Origin: an uncultured Bacteroides sp.
Lineage (GTDB): Bacteria > Bacteroidota > Bacteroidia > Bacteroidales > Bacteroidaceae
Direction: 5' to 3'
Assembly (NCBI GenBank): GCA_949289265.1
Contig: CASENE010000042.1
Coordinates: 859 to 64,858 of the forward strand
DNA: 64,000 nucleotides
Shown here: one piece after another, positions 48,284 through 57,663 of the stretch
Position numbering within the stretch: the first letter of the stretch is position 1
Layout of the letters: each line of letters begins with the position of its first letter
Notes under the pieces: generated by a model
Told to the model about the DNA's origin: nothing
The model's input: the letters and a program-made list of their open reading frames with translations, nothing else
The model's database searches: none
Made by a program: the position numbers and the translations under genes

Positions 48284-49045
48284 CTACAGGTTTTTCACCC
48301 TACGCTGATATTCCGCAATGGCAGCATCCAGGCGTTCGTGGGCAGTGGTATCTCCCGGCACATTGTGCGACGGGTGGATATAGAGGTGCACGCCACGCTC
48401 CGCCAGAATTTCGGCCACGGTGGTGATGGTCATCCATACCATGGTGACAAAACTCAGCGTCGACAGGGGGCCGACCTTGTCGAAATGGTTCTTCAAAGGA
48501 ACCGAGGCGTCTACCAAAGGAACACAAGAGTCGACAACGATGTCGGCAATCTGGAACAGGTTCTTTCCTCCCGAATGGCGGCTGGGCTTATCGCCCGTTT
48601 CGCCGGCAGAGCCATAGACAATGACCTTCATCCCCCTCTTTTTGGCCTCCAACGCCACGTCGATATTGACGGCATTGATGCCCGTATGCGAGAATAGCCA
48701 GAGGCAATCCTTGGAATCAAAATCATAGTTCTTCATGATTTCGACGCCATAGCCTTCGGCCCGCTCCAGGAACAGGAACTGATGAATGCCCATCTGACCA
48801 ATAATCTGCGTGAAGAAGGTCAAAGGCAATTCGCACAGCGGATGAAACCCGACAAAACTTCCGATGCGGGGATACATTTCCTCAACGGGAATCGTGGCGT
48901 GTCCGCAGCCGAAGGTATGCACCCAACGGCCGGCTTCAATCGAATCCGCCATCACCGTGGCCGCCTTCCTAATGTTTTCCAACTGGGTAGCTTCCAGCTT
49001 CTCCATAATGCCATGGGCATTCTTTAACCATTCTAATGCTAACAT
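48284..49045 (-). CDS. UPF0309-like single-SIS-domain sugar-phosphate enzyme (resembles NagS)
   Basis: FGCGH, YPR, LERAEG, FSHTG.N, SRHSGG, DIVVDS..PLVDA, GP.ST, SHNVPG. Confidence 0.82.
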   Translation of the reverse strand: MLALEWLKNAHGIMEKLEATQLENIRKAATVMADSIEAGRWVHTFGCGHATIPVEEMYPRIGSFVGFHPLCELPLTFFTQIIGQMGIHQFLFLERAEGYGVEIMKNYDFDSKDCLWLFSHTGINAVNIDVALEAKKRGMKVIVYGSAGETGDKPSRHSGGKNLFQIADIVVDSCVPLVDASVPLKNHFDKVGPLSTLSFVTMVWMTITTVAEILAERGVHLYIHPSHNVPGDTTAHERLDAAIAEYQRRVKNL

Positions 49046-49065
49046 ACTGCTTTGATTTTAAAAGA

Positions 49066-50223
49066 TTAATTATGAGGTTTGAGTGAACGTCTATACATCA
49101 AGAACATGGCCACCAGCGAGCCCATCATCAGATAAGGGTAGGCGCAGATCCCGCTTTCATGATGAGACAACAGCCCCATCAGCGCATTCATCGCCGTCTG
49201 CCCCACCAGAGCGATGGCAAGCGCTATGCTAAAAGCAGTGCCCGAGAAGTCGGGATACCTGTTCCCGATGATGCTCAGGACGACAGGATAAGTAGAAGAC
49301 AGACCGGCGCCTATCAGCACCATCCCCACGGCAGCCCTGACGAAGCCGGGAGAAAAAGTCAGCAGGCAAAAGCCCAGCCCGCATACCAACAGGCTATATG
49401 GCAAGACGGATGTGGGATTGACCTTCTTGAACAAGACGACCTGAAGCAAACGGGCCGCGCTCATGGCAGCCACCATGCAGGTCAGTGCCAACAACGAATG
49501 TTCCAACGAGATGTCCGTCGTCCGGCCGAAGTAACTGGTCGTCCAGTTGTTGCACACGCCTTCTATGCCGCTCTGGAAAAACAAGATGAAACACAGCAGC
49601 ACAAAGCTCCCCTTCAAAATGCGCAGGCCGTCTTTGATAGGAAAATGCTGCGCCTGCTTAGGGGCCGGAAACCGCACGAAGAAGCAATAGAGTATGGCGA
49701 CAAGCATCAAGGCGCCTATCCCGTTCAAGATAACCTCGAAAGAGAAATACCGCAACAACGAAGCCAGCAACACAGGTATGCACAAGGCACCAACGCCATA
49801 GAAAACGCCCAACAAGCTGAGCAGAGAGCCTCGCTCCGACTCTTGGGAGATGTCTACCACCAAGGCATTGGTCTCGCCGTTCAGGGCTCCGCCGCCAAAG
49901 CCTACAGCCACAATGGAAATCTGCAACAAATGGATGTTGCTAAAGAAACTGATTCCCTCCAGGCCCAGCAGAATAACGATGCAACCCGGCAGCAAGACCG
50001 CCTTATGGCCATAATGGTCCACGAAGGGGCCAAACACCAGCGACCCCAGCAGCACGCCTATCGGCAGGAACGTCACCAACGACGTGGCCTGCAACGGGCT
50101 GAGTCCGTATTTCTCGGTCAACGACGGCAAGACAGACCCCAGCACTATCATCGAAACGCCGAAAAAGCACATTCCGATGCAGGCAGCAACAAAAACCTTC
50201 CTTTTCTTATATCTATTTTCCAT
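49066..50223 (-). CDS. MFS sugar transporter
   Basis: About 12 TM helices; GPFVDHYGHK loop, FFQSGIEG, LSSTYP. Confidence 0.88.
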   Translation of the reverse strand: MENRYKKRKVFVAACIGMCFFGVSMIVLGSVLPSLTEKYGLSPLQATSLVTFLPIGVLLGSLVFGPFVDHYGHKAVLLPGCIVILLGLEGISFFSNIHLLQISIVAVGFGGGALNGETNALVVDISQESERGSLLSLLGVFYGVGALCIPVLLASLLRYFSFEVILNGIGALMLVAILYCFFVRFPAPKQAQHFPIKDGLRILKGSFVLLCFILFFQSGIEGVCNNWTTSYFGRTTDISLEHSLLALTCMVAAMSAARLLQVVLFKKVNPTSVLPYSLLVCGLGFCLLTFSPGFVRAAVGMVLIGAGLSSTYPVVLSIIGNRYPDFSGTAFSIALAIALVGQTAMNALMGLLSHHESGICAYPYLMMGSLVAMFLMYRRSLKPHN

Positions 50224-51175
50224 GTTCCCGATTTTTAACGACCAAATAAGCTGCCCCTATCAGGCCCGCGTTGCCCGACAACTGCGAGGGCAGGAACTGC
50301 ACCTGCTTGATAGCCAAAGGCTGAGCCCACTTGCAGGCCTCCTGATAGATATCATGGATAAAGATATGAGCCGGGCCAAACACTCCGCCGCCCCAGATGA
50401 TTTTCTGGGGGTTTATCAGGCTCACGATATTGGCCGAAGCCATGCCCCACATCTCTACCGCCTGCTTCAACACGGCGACGGCTATGGGGTCGCGTTCCTC
50501 GTAAGCCTGGAAGACGTCATGCGCCGTAATCCGCGAGATGGGCTTCTGCCGGAGCTTGCCCCTGTATGTCTTGTCGCGGCGCACGGCATCGCGGGCTCTG
50601 GCTCCTATCCCGTTGCCCGAGGCATAATATTCAAAGCAACCGCATTCGTCATAGGCTTCCGTATAAGGAGGCTTCAGCGCCATCCAACCGGTGGCCCCGA
50701 TGATGTCGCTGGCACCATGCAACACACGCCCGTCGATGATAATCCCCGCGCCGATGCCCGTGCCCACCGCCACGAACACGGCGCTGTGGCAATCCCGAGC
50801 CGCCCCCTGCCACATCTCGCCATACATGAAGCACGCCCTGTCGCTCTCGATGAAGATGCCGATGTCTTTCGGAGTCACCATCCGTAACTCTTCGTAAAGC
50901 GGATAATTCTCCCAACCGGGAATGTTAGGAGCCCACACCCTGTTGGTCTGAGAGAAGACAATGCCCGGAATGCACACGCCCACGCCTTCTATGGGAATGC
51001 GTTTCTTCTGGGCCACATCCAGCAGTTTGGCAAGCACCTCCATCGCGAGCTTTCCCACTTCGTGCCCGGTTCTGCCCTGCAACAAGCGTCTCCGGATGCA
51101 CATCATTTCTCCGTCCGAAAGGAAAATAGCACTGGCTATCTTTGTTCCGCCTATGTCTAGCGTGATTACTGCCAT
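50213..51175 (-). CDS. ROK family sugar kinase (no HTH)
   Basis: N-terminal LDIGGTKI, GVCIPG, VAVGTGIGAGII, GCFEYYASG, GGGV, NAGLIGAA. Confidence 0.88.
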   Translation of the reverse strand: MAVITLDIGGTKIASAIFLSDGEMMCIRRRLLQGRTGHEVGKLAMEVLAKLLDVAQKKRIPIEGVGVCIPGIVFSQTNRVWAPNIPGWENYPLYEELRMVTPKDIGIFIESDRACFMYGEMWQGAARDCHSAVFVAVGTGIGAGIIIDGRVLHGASDIIGATGWMALKPPYTEAYDECGCFEYYASGNGIGARARDAVRRDKTYRGKLRQKPISRITAHDVFQAYEERDPIAVAVLKQAVEMWGMASANIVSLINPQKIIWGGGVFGPAHIFIHDIYQEACKWAQPLAIKQVQFLPSQLSGNAGLIGAAYLVVKNREHGK

Positions 51176-51570
51176 GTCGATAGGTTTGAATGGGTATTAC
51201 ATAAAAGGTTCTGTGCGAAGTTAGCCGTTTCGGCCTGTAACGCCAATCCATTCACCCTCTATTTATGGCCAAATAATGCAACGATTCACTAATTTTTGTT
51301 TAAGAACATACAGTTCAGGGGTCAGCGAAAGAATAACGACAGATGTTAATCAAGCAATTAAACATATATTAAGCCACCTAAAACGGCGTTCCATTTATGT
51401 TTATTAACAAACAGAGGTTCCGGTCAGGACAACAGAAGTAAAGGACAATACCGGTTTATGTCAAGACACTTGCGGGCAAAGCCAACCTTCCCCTGCCGCC
51501 AGAATGCCGCCGCACCGCCGGTCAAGGCTACGCCTGCAAGGCCTGCAAGCAGGCCTCACGAATGGTTAGA

Positions 51571-52335
51571 TTACCCTCCGTCCCCGTCCAGGAACAGGTC
51601 TTCCGGATAGGTCACGTCGGCCAGGAACAGCGCATGGCCCGGCGCCGAGGTGCCCGCCCGGCAGCGGTCGCGCTGCTCGACGATGCGGCGGAAGCCCTCC
51701 ACCGTCAGCTTGCCGCGGCCCACGTCGAGAAGGGTGCCCACGATGGCGCGCACCATGTTGCGCAAGAAGCGGTCGGCACGGATGGTGAAGACCCAGGTCA
51801 CGTCGTCCACCTGCGTCCAGGCGGCGTGCAGGATGCGGCAGTTGTTGGTCTTCACGTCGGTGTGCAGCTTGCTGAAGCTGGTGAAGTCCTCGTAGTCGAA
51901 GAGGGTGGCGGCGGCTTGGTTCATCCGCGCGAAGTCCGGCACGTGGAACAGGCGGCAGCGGTATTGGCGCAGGTAGGGCGTCTTGGCCGTAGTGACGTAA
52001 TAACGGTAGAGGCGCGAGGTGGCGCTGAAGCGGGCATGCGCCTCCGGCTTCACGGGACGGATGCGGCTCACGGCGATGTCGGGCGGCAGCAGGCGGTTCA
52101 GCTTGTCCGCCAGCAGGACGGCGTCCAGCGGCGCGTCGGCGTCGAAGTGGGCCACCATGAGCGAAGCGTGCACGCCGGCATCGGTGCGTCCGGCGCCGGT
52201 GACGGCCACCGGGCGGCGCAGCAGGGTGGACAGCGCGCGCTCCAGGCACTCCTGCACGCTCAGGCCGTTGGGCTGCACCTGCCAGCCGTGGTAGGCCGCG
52301 CCGTCGTAGGATAGGTAGATGAAATATCGTTGCAC
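51571..52335 (-). CDS. truA: tRNA pseudouridine(38-40) synthase
   Basis: [28 protein letters not shown]-like [20 protein letters not shown]; -7 box at 52381-52388. Confidence 0.96.
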   Translation of the reverse strand: MQRYFIYLSYDGAAYHGWQVQPNGLSVQECLERALSTLLRRPVAVTGAGRTDAGVHASLMVAHFDADAPLDAVLLADKLNRLLPPDIAVSRIRPVKPEAHARFSATSRLYRYYVTTAKTPYLRQYRCRLFHVPDFARMNQAAATLFDYEDFTSFSKLHTDVKTNNCRILHAAWTQVDDVTWVFTIRADRFLRNMVRAIVGTLLDVGRGKLTVEGFRRIVEQRDRCRAGTSAPGHALFLADVTYPEDLFLDGDGG

Positions 52336-52409
52336 AGTGTCCAGCGGGGGCTAAGGATTGGTGTTTACAGAATCTGGAGACAAAGGTAAAGAAAAAAACG
52401 GAAAAGTTG

Positions 52410-52501
52410 TAACTTTGCGCGGCCCAAGAGGCGTGCCGACGCAAGGGAACCGGCAGGACGAAAGCCCTGCGGCCGTCCGAGCCACGCCTCCCGCAAGGGC
52501 C
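52410..52501 (+). promoter_or_regulatory. -7 box followed by a GC-rich structured 5' leader
   Basis: TAACTTTG at 52410-52417; pairings ggccc/gggcc, gaggcgtg/cacgcctc, gcagg/cctgc with a GAAA loop. Confidence 0.5.
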
Positions 52502-52529
52502 GAACCACTCATTAACACACTGACTGAAC

Positions 52530-53219
52530 ATGCACAACCAAAGACAAATCCTCCCCCTGGCGCTCATCGCCTGCCTGTGCGGCCTGCTGGCCATGGCGGC
52601 CTGCAAGAAGAAAGAAGACCTAAGCATGAAGATGAACCAGCCGCGCAACATCCGCGGCGTCAGCAACTTCGGCCGCACCTTCGGCGACCTGAACAGCAAA
52701 CAGCTGGCCGTGGCCCAGGCCATCGGCATCCCGCCCCTCGCCTCGCGCCGGGAAGCCGAAGAGATGGCGGACGACCGCCTGACGCAAATCGGCGCCAACG
52801 AACGCTACGCCGTGGACTCGCTCACCCACTCCATCCCCTACCTCATCCCCGGCGCGGCGGCCCTGCTGGACACCATCGGGCAAAACTTCCTGGACTCGCT
52901 GGCCAGCAAGGGACTGAACCCCAACAAAATCATCGTGACCTCCGTCTTGCGCACCGAGGGCGACGTGAAGCGTCTGCGCCGCCGGAACTCCAATGCCAGC
53001 CAGCACTCGACGCACGCCTACGGCACGACGTTCGACATCAGCTGGAAGCGGTTTGAGAAGGTGGAAGACCCGGACGGGCGACCCATGCAGGACGTGGGGG
53101 CCGACACGCTGAAGCTGGTGCTGGCCGAAGTGTTGCGCGACTTGAAGCAAGACGGGCGATGCTACGTGAAGTATGAAATCCGCCAGGCCTGCTTCCACAT
53201 CACCACCCGACGCCCCTGA
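52530..53219 (+). CDS. DUF5715 family lipoprotein (peptidase M15-like fold)
   Basis: Lipobox MAA-C; HSIPYL, TSVLRT, NAS..STHAYGTTFDISW, EIRQACFHIT. Confidence 0.8.
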   Translation: MHNQRQILPLALIACLCGLLAMAACKKKEDLSMKMNQPRNIRGVSNFGRTFGDLNSKQLAVAQAIGIPPLASRREAEEMADDRLTQIGANERYAVDSLTHSIPYLIPGAAALLDTIGQNFLDSLASKGLNPNKIIVTSVLRTEGDVKRLRRRNSNASQHSTHAYGTTFDISWKRFEKVEDPDGRPMQDVGADTLKLVLAEVLRDLKQDGRCYVKYEIRQACFHITTRRP

Positions 53220-53238
53220 GCCCCGCCCCGAAACGCTG

Positions 53239-53310
53239 GCGACCTGGCACTTAAGTCCCCGCCGGCTGGCATTGGAACGCCAGCTTGGTGGGACTTAAGT
53301 GCCAGGTCGC
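53239..53310. repeat. Perfect 21-bp inverted repeat with an inner 6-bp hairpin
   Basis: gcgacctggcacttaagtccc ... gggacttaagtgccaggtcgc; inner gctggc/gccagc. Confidence 0.85.
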
Positions 53311-53323
53311 TACGTTTATGTCA

Positions 53324-53502
53324 GAGGGAGTTAGAAGGAGTTAGAGGGGGGTAGAAGGAGTTAGAGGGAGTTAGAAGGAGTTAGAAGGAGTTATAAGCCA
53401 ATACCTTTTGTATATCAACGGGGCAACTATCGGCCTCTAACTCCCTATAACTCCCTCTGACTCCCTCCTACTACTAATAATTCATTTGGCACATCTACTT
53501 AT
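53324..53502. repeat. Dispersed GGAGTTA element, copy 3
   Basis: (gaaggagtta)x7, core gccaataccttttgtatatcaacggggcaactatcggcct, (taactccc)n, tail ctactactaa..aattcattt..acatctacttat shared with copy 1. Confidence 0.88.
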
Positions 53503-53517
53503 CTTCTCCAGAAAGCC

Positions 53518-55044
53518 TCATTTCCCGCTGCCGCCCAGTTGCATCCAGGCCTGCGGCAATGCCTCCACGATGTCGCCGGCGGTGAGGGCCACCATGCCCA
53601 GCCGAGCAGCCGCCAGGTCGCCGGCCAATCCGTGGGCATAGACGCCCAACAGGGCCGCGTCGCCCGGTGCGTATCCCTGGGCCAGGAGGGCCAAGAGGAT
53701 GCCCGTCAGCACGTCGCCGCTGCCCGCGGTGGCCATGCCGGGATTGCCCGTGGGGTTGAAGCGGCACTGCCCGTCGGGCGAAATCACCGCCGTGTAGGCT
53801 CCCTTCAGCACCACGTGCGCCTGGGTCGAACGGGCCAGTTCGCAGGCACGCTCCAGCCGCTCGAACGAACTGCGGCACTTGCCCACCAGCCTCTCCAGCT
53901 CCGCCGGGTGCGGCGTCAGGATGCTGCCCTTGGGCAGGCGCGACAGCAGGGAGCGGTTCTCGCCCAGGATGTTCAACGCGTCGGCGTCCAGCACCATCGG
54001 CGTGTCCGACGTCTCCACCTGCTCGACGAGGGCAGCCACGGTCTCGGGCGCGCGTCCCAGTCCGGGCCCCACGCCCACGGCCTGGCAGGCGTCCACGTCC
54101 GTGGCCGTGGCAAAGCACGTGTCGCTCAAGTCGGTCTCCGTCATGGCTTCGGGCACGGCGGTCTGCACGATGACGTTGTTGCAGAAGGGCACGTGCACCG
54201 TCAGCAGGCCCACGCCCGACCGCAGGCAGGCCTTGGCCGCCAGCACCGAGGCGCCCGCCATGCCCTGCGCGCCGGCAATGAGCATCGCCCGCCCGAAACG
54301 GCCCTTGTGGGCAAAGCGGTCGCGGGGCTTGAGCAGGCGCTTCACGTCGGCCGCCTCCGTCAGGGCGTAGGGAGTGGGCAGGGCGTCCATCCCCTCGCGG
54401 CTCAGCCCGATGTCCAGCAGTCGCCAGCGGCCCACGTAGGGCGCGCATTCGGCAAAGAGGAAGGCCAGCTTGGGCAACTGCAGGCTCAGGGTGAGGTCGG
54501 CCCGCACGATGCCCGACGGCGCGTTGAACGAATTGTCCTCGCCCATCAGCCCCGAGGGGATGTCGATGGACACCACTTGCGCCGGCGAGGCGTTGATGCA
54601 CTTCACCACCGCCGCGAAGCCTCCGGCCAAGGGCTTGTTGAGCCCGCTGCCGAACAGGCCGTCGACGATAACGTCGTCTGCCGTCAGCTTGGGGAAGACG
54701 AACTGCGAGGTGACCTCGTGGAACTCCACGCCGGGCGCGCCGTCCAGCAGCCGGTCGCGGTTGGCGGCGCAGTCGGGCGAGAGCTGCCCCTTGGTGTTGA
54801 ACAGGAACGCCTCCACGCGGCATCCCAGCCCGCCCAGCAGCCGGGCCAGGGCCAGGGCGTCGCCGCCGTTGTTGCCCGGGCCGGCAAAGACGGCATAGCG
54901 GGGGGCCGTCCCCCACTGCCCGGCAATGGCCTCGGCCAGCGCGCAGGCGGCCCGCTCCATCAGGTCGACGGAGGCCACCGGTTCGTGTTCTATCGTATAG
55001 GCATCCAGCTGCTTGATGTCGCTGGTAGGAAATATCTTCATCAT
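53518..55044 (-). CDS. nnr: Bifunctional NAD(P)H-hydrate epimerase/dehydratase
   Basis: LMERAA, GPGNNGGD, DGLFGSG, IDIPSG, HKGRFG, GPGLG, DADAL, TPHPAE, GMATAGSGDVL. Confidence 0.95.
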   Translation of the reverse strand: MMKIFPTSDIKQLDAYTIEHEPVASVDLMERAACALAEAIAGQWGTAPRYAVFAGPGNNGGDALALARLLGGLGCRVEAFLFNTKGQLSPDCAANRDRLLDGAPGVEFHEVTSQFVFPKLTADDVIVDGLFGSGLNKPLAGGFAAVVKCINASPAQVVSIDIPSGLMGEDNSFNAPSGIVRADLTLSLQLPKLAFLFAECAPYVGRWRLLDIGLSREGMDALPTPYALTEAADVKRLLKPRDRFAHKGRFGRAMLIAGAQGMAGASVLAAKACLRSGVGLLTVHVPFCNNVIVQTAVPEAMTETDLSDTCFATATDVDACQAVGVGPGLGRAPETVAALVEQVETSDTPMVLDADALNILGENRSLLSRLPKGSILTPHPAELERLVGKCRSSFERLERACELARSTQAHVVLKGAYTAVISPDGQCRFNPTGNPGMATAGSGDVLTGILLALLAQGYAPGDAALLGVYAHGLAGDLAAARLGMVALTAGDIVEALPQAWMQLGGSGK

Positions 55045-55130
55045 AAGCGTCAGTTATTGGTGTTAAAACGAGGGCAAAAGTACGAATTTACTTCCAAATG
55101 TCGTGCAGCTTTGCGCCCAATGTTGCGCGG

Positions 55131-56501
55131 TCAGTATGCCGGGCAGTGCTTCTTCTCCCGGTGGTTGTGCCCGAAGGAGAAGGCCAGGCCGACGTAACCG
55201 TTGACGCTGCGCGAGTTCTTGCCCAGGTACATGTAGTCCGTGCCCAGCATCAGCGGCCCCAGCTTGAGCCCCAGGCCGAACGACTGGCCCGCGCTCTGCA
55301 GCATCGAGTAGCTCAACGCCAGGTTGAACCATCCCTTGGGGCGGTACGTGCCGATGACGGTGAGCTCGCTCAGCGTGTTCAGCTGCCCCCAGCGCGTGGT
55401 GGAGAGGATGCCCGCCGAGAGCTTGTCGCCGAAAAAGGCATACTCGGCGCCCAGCGTCAGCGTGGTGGGCAGACGGGTGGAGCGCGCCTTCCGCTCGTTG
55501 CTCTTCTCCAGGGCCAAGAGGTCGAAGTCGATGACCTCGCCGCCCGACACGCGGTCGTAGAAGTCTTGCGAATGGGCGGCGTCGAAGCGCTCGTTGGCCC
55601 GGCCCTCCACTACGTTGGACGAGCTCTTGTTCCACTTGATAAAGCCCAGGTCGGTGACTGCGGCCGACAGGGTCAGGTTGTCCAGCAGGCGGTAGGTGGC
55701 GCCCAGGTCGATGCCGGCCCCATAGCCCCCGAAGCCGAACTTGTTGTATTCCATTTCGTCCACGTATCCGTCTCCCGACATCTGCAGATCCAGCCCCAGG
55801 ATGTTGGCCTCGGCGCGGGCGTCCACGTCTATCTCGGCCGTGCCCCCGCCCTGCCCGTCGAAGTCGGAAGCAATCTCAATGCTGTTGACCTGCAGGTTCA
55901 GGTTGCCGGCTCCCAACAGGAAGTTGAACTTTCCGCCCACGGTCAGCCGATCGCCCACGGTGCGGGCATAGCCCACGCCCACCTCGATGTAAGAGTTGAG
56001 CGACAGGGCCTGGTCGCGGATGCTGAACCGGCTGTTGTTCCATCCCTCGTTGTCCCGGGGCATGTCGCGCAGGTAGTCGAAAAGGCTCCGGGGGAAGCGT
56101 CCCTCCGTGTCGGTGCGCACGCCCAGGTTGACCGACCAGAAGCCCCGGCCCTTCCACCAGCCCATGGAGAGAATGTCGATAGCGGCGGAGAGGGTGGCCT
56201 TGTTCATGTCCTTCAGCTTGTTGTGGAACGAGGGGTTGCCCCACAGCTCGTCGCCCGAGTCGAAGATGTCTATCAGGTCTTGCGTGCCCAGCGAATTGGT
56301 GTAGGCCGACGCATTAATCATGCCCAAGGCGGGGAAGATGACGAAACCCTTGTCCGGCACATACGCCGGATTGAGTTGCAGGCGGCTGCTGCCGTCCATG
56401 AAGTAGGAGGTACGCAGATACTGGGCATGGCCCGCGGCCGCCATCCACGACAGCGCTACAGCCAGCGCCCACTGTTTGACGCGAAAGCGCATTTTTCTCA
56501 T
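55131..56501 (-). CDS. DUF5723 family outer-membrane beta-barrel protein
   Basis: Signal peptide ..GHA-QYLRTSYFM, LNPA, GIDLGATY, TDLGFI.W, LGAEY; -7 box at 56632-56639. Confidence 0.8.
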   Translation of the reverse strand: MRKMRFRVKQWALAVALSWMAAAGHAQYLRTSYFMDGSSRLQLNPAYVPDKGFVIFPALGMINASAYTNSLGTQDLIDIFDSGDELWGNPSFHNKLKDMNKATLSAAIDILSMGWWKGRGFWSVNLGVRTDTEGRFPRSLFDYLRDMPRDNEGWNNSRFSIRDQALSLNSYIEVGVGYARTVGDRLTVGGKFNFLLGAGNLNLQVNSIEIASDFDGQGGGTAEIDVDARAEANILGLDLQMSGDGYVDEMEYNKFGFGGYGAGIDLGATYRLLDNLTLSAAVTDLGFIKWNKSSSNVVEGRANERFDAAHSQDFYDRVSGGEVIDFDLLALEKSNERKARSTRLPTTLTLGAEYAFFGDKLSAGILSTTRWGQLNTLSELTVIGTYRPKGWFNLALSYSMLQSAGQSFGLGLKLGPLMLGTDYMYLGKNSRSVNGYVGLAFSFGHNHREKKHCPAY

Positions 56502-56750
56502 AACTATTACTTGTGTATTAACGCCGGAGCTCCCTTTCCCGGCTGGTGAATCATCAAGACAGGACGCGGAAGCCCGCAAGAGGCCGGCACGCAAGCCGCA
56601 CCCGCCGCGGCGTCCCTCGGCATATCACGGGCAAAGGTAAGGCATTCTGCCGAAAAAAGAAACAAGTATCAGGGAAATAATGGACAGAATCTTAATCCTC
56701 CTGCCTGCCGGCCGAAGGGGCGCGACAGACAGGCGGCGGAAAAGAGCAGG

Positions 56751-56859
56751 GCGTATCTATGCCGGACATAGTGCGTATCTATGTCGGACATTGTAACACA
56801 TAAGGTCGGACATTGTAACGCATAAGGTCAGACCTTATAACGCATAAGGTCCGGACAGG
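56751..56859. repeat. 22-bp tandem array, 5 units with a gradually changing consensus
   Basis: gcgtatctatgccggacatagt / gcgtatctatgtcggacattgt / aacacataaggtcggacattgt / aacgcataaggtcagaccttat / aacgcataaggtccggacagg. Confidence 0.85.
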
Positions 56860-56866
56860 CAGTGCG

Positions 56867-57030
56867 TCAGAAGTTCCAGCCCAAGGTGATGGAAGCGGTC
56901 TTAATCTTAGAGGCCGACAGGATGTCATTAAAGTCCGTCCCATAGTCCACGCCAAAGTGCAGGGCGCGGTAGTCGAAGCCCACGCCGATGTGCCAGCCGG
57001 CCTGGAAACGCTTGGCGCCCCCGTCGCATT
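56867..57030 (-). pseudogene. 3' remnant of an outer-membrane beta-barrel (PorT-like) gene
   Basis: KRFQAGWHIGVGFDYRALHFGVDYGTDFNDI...ITLGWNF*: alternating beta-strand pattern and terminal Phe, but no signal peptide or N-terminal part. Confidence 0.65.
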
Positions 57031-57123
57031 CACGCCACGGCCGGCAACTCCCAAGAAAATGCCGCGAAAAGAGGGGAGAAAAGAAAGAAAATCCGTACTT
57101 TTGCACCCAAATCGCAACGACCT

Positions 57124-57663
57124 ATGAACGTCATACAGATAAAAGACAAGCAGTTTGCCGTCTCCATCCCCGAGGCACGCATCCTGCAGGAGGTAGACCG
57201 AGTGGCCGCTGAAATCAACCGCGACCTGGCCGGAAAGAACCCGCTGTTTCTCAGCGTGCTGAACGGCTCGTTCATGTTCACCGCCGACCTCATGAAGCGC
57301 ATCGAGATACCCTGCGAAATCTCTTTCGTCAAACTGGCATCCTATCAGGGCACAGCCTCGACAGGCCGGGTGAAAGAAGTCATCGGCCTCAACGAAGACC
57401 TGGCGGGGCGCACCGTGGTCATCGTGGAAGACATCGTGGACACGGGACTGACCATGCGGCAACTGCTCGACCAGCTGGCCGCACACCGCCCGCAAGAGGT
57501 GCGCATCGCCACGCTGCTGCTCAAGCCCGACAAACTGCAGGTAGACCTGCACATAGATTACGTGGCCATGCAGATTCCCAACGACTTCATCGTGGGCTAC
57601 GGGCTGGACTACGACGGACTGGGGCGGAACTACAAGGACATTTATACAGTGGTTAGTGATTAG
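57124..57663 (+). CDS. hpt: Hypoxanthine phosphoribosyltransferase
   Basis: VLNGSFMF..DL, VIVEDIVDTGLT, FIVGYGLDY; -7 box TACTTTTG at 57096-57103. Confidence 0.96.
   Translation: MNVIQIKDKQFAVSIPEARILQEVDRVAAEINRDLAGKNPLFLSVLNGSFMFTADLMKRIEIPCEISFVKLASYQGTASTGRVKEVIGLNEDLAGRTVVIVEDIVDTGLTMRQLLDQLAAHRPQEVRIATLLLKPDKLQVDLHIDYVAMQIPNDFIVGYGLDYDGLGRNYKDIYTVVSD

Noticed and set aside
35857-51175. Invertible (phase-variable) promoter for the SusC/SusD locus
   Set aside because: No recombinase gene and no inverted-repeat pair flanking a promoter were found upstream of ROK or susC.
56502-56630. GC-rich hairpins in the DUF5723 leader as a possible ncRNA
   Set aside because: The GCAA-loop hairpins read on the non-transcribed strand and similar ones occur elsewhere (e.g. 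~6400); no motif is recognised.
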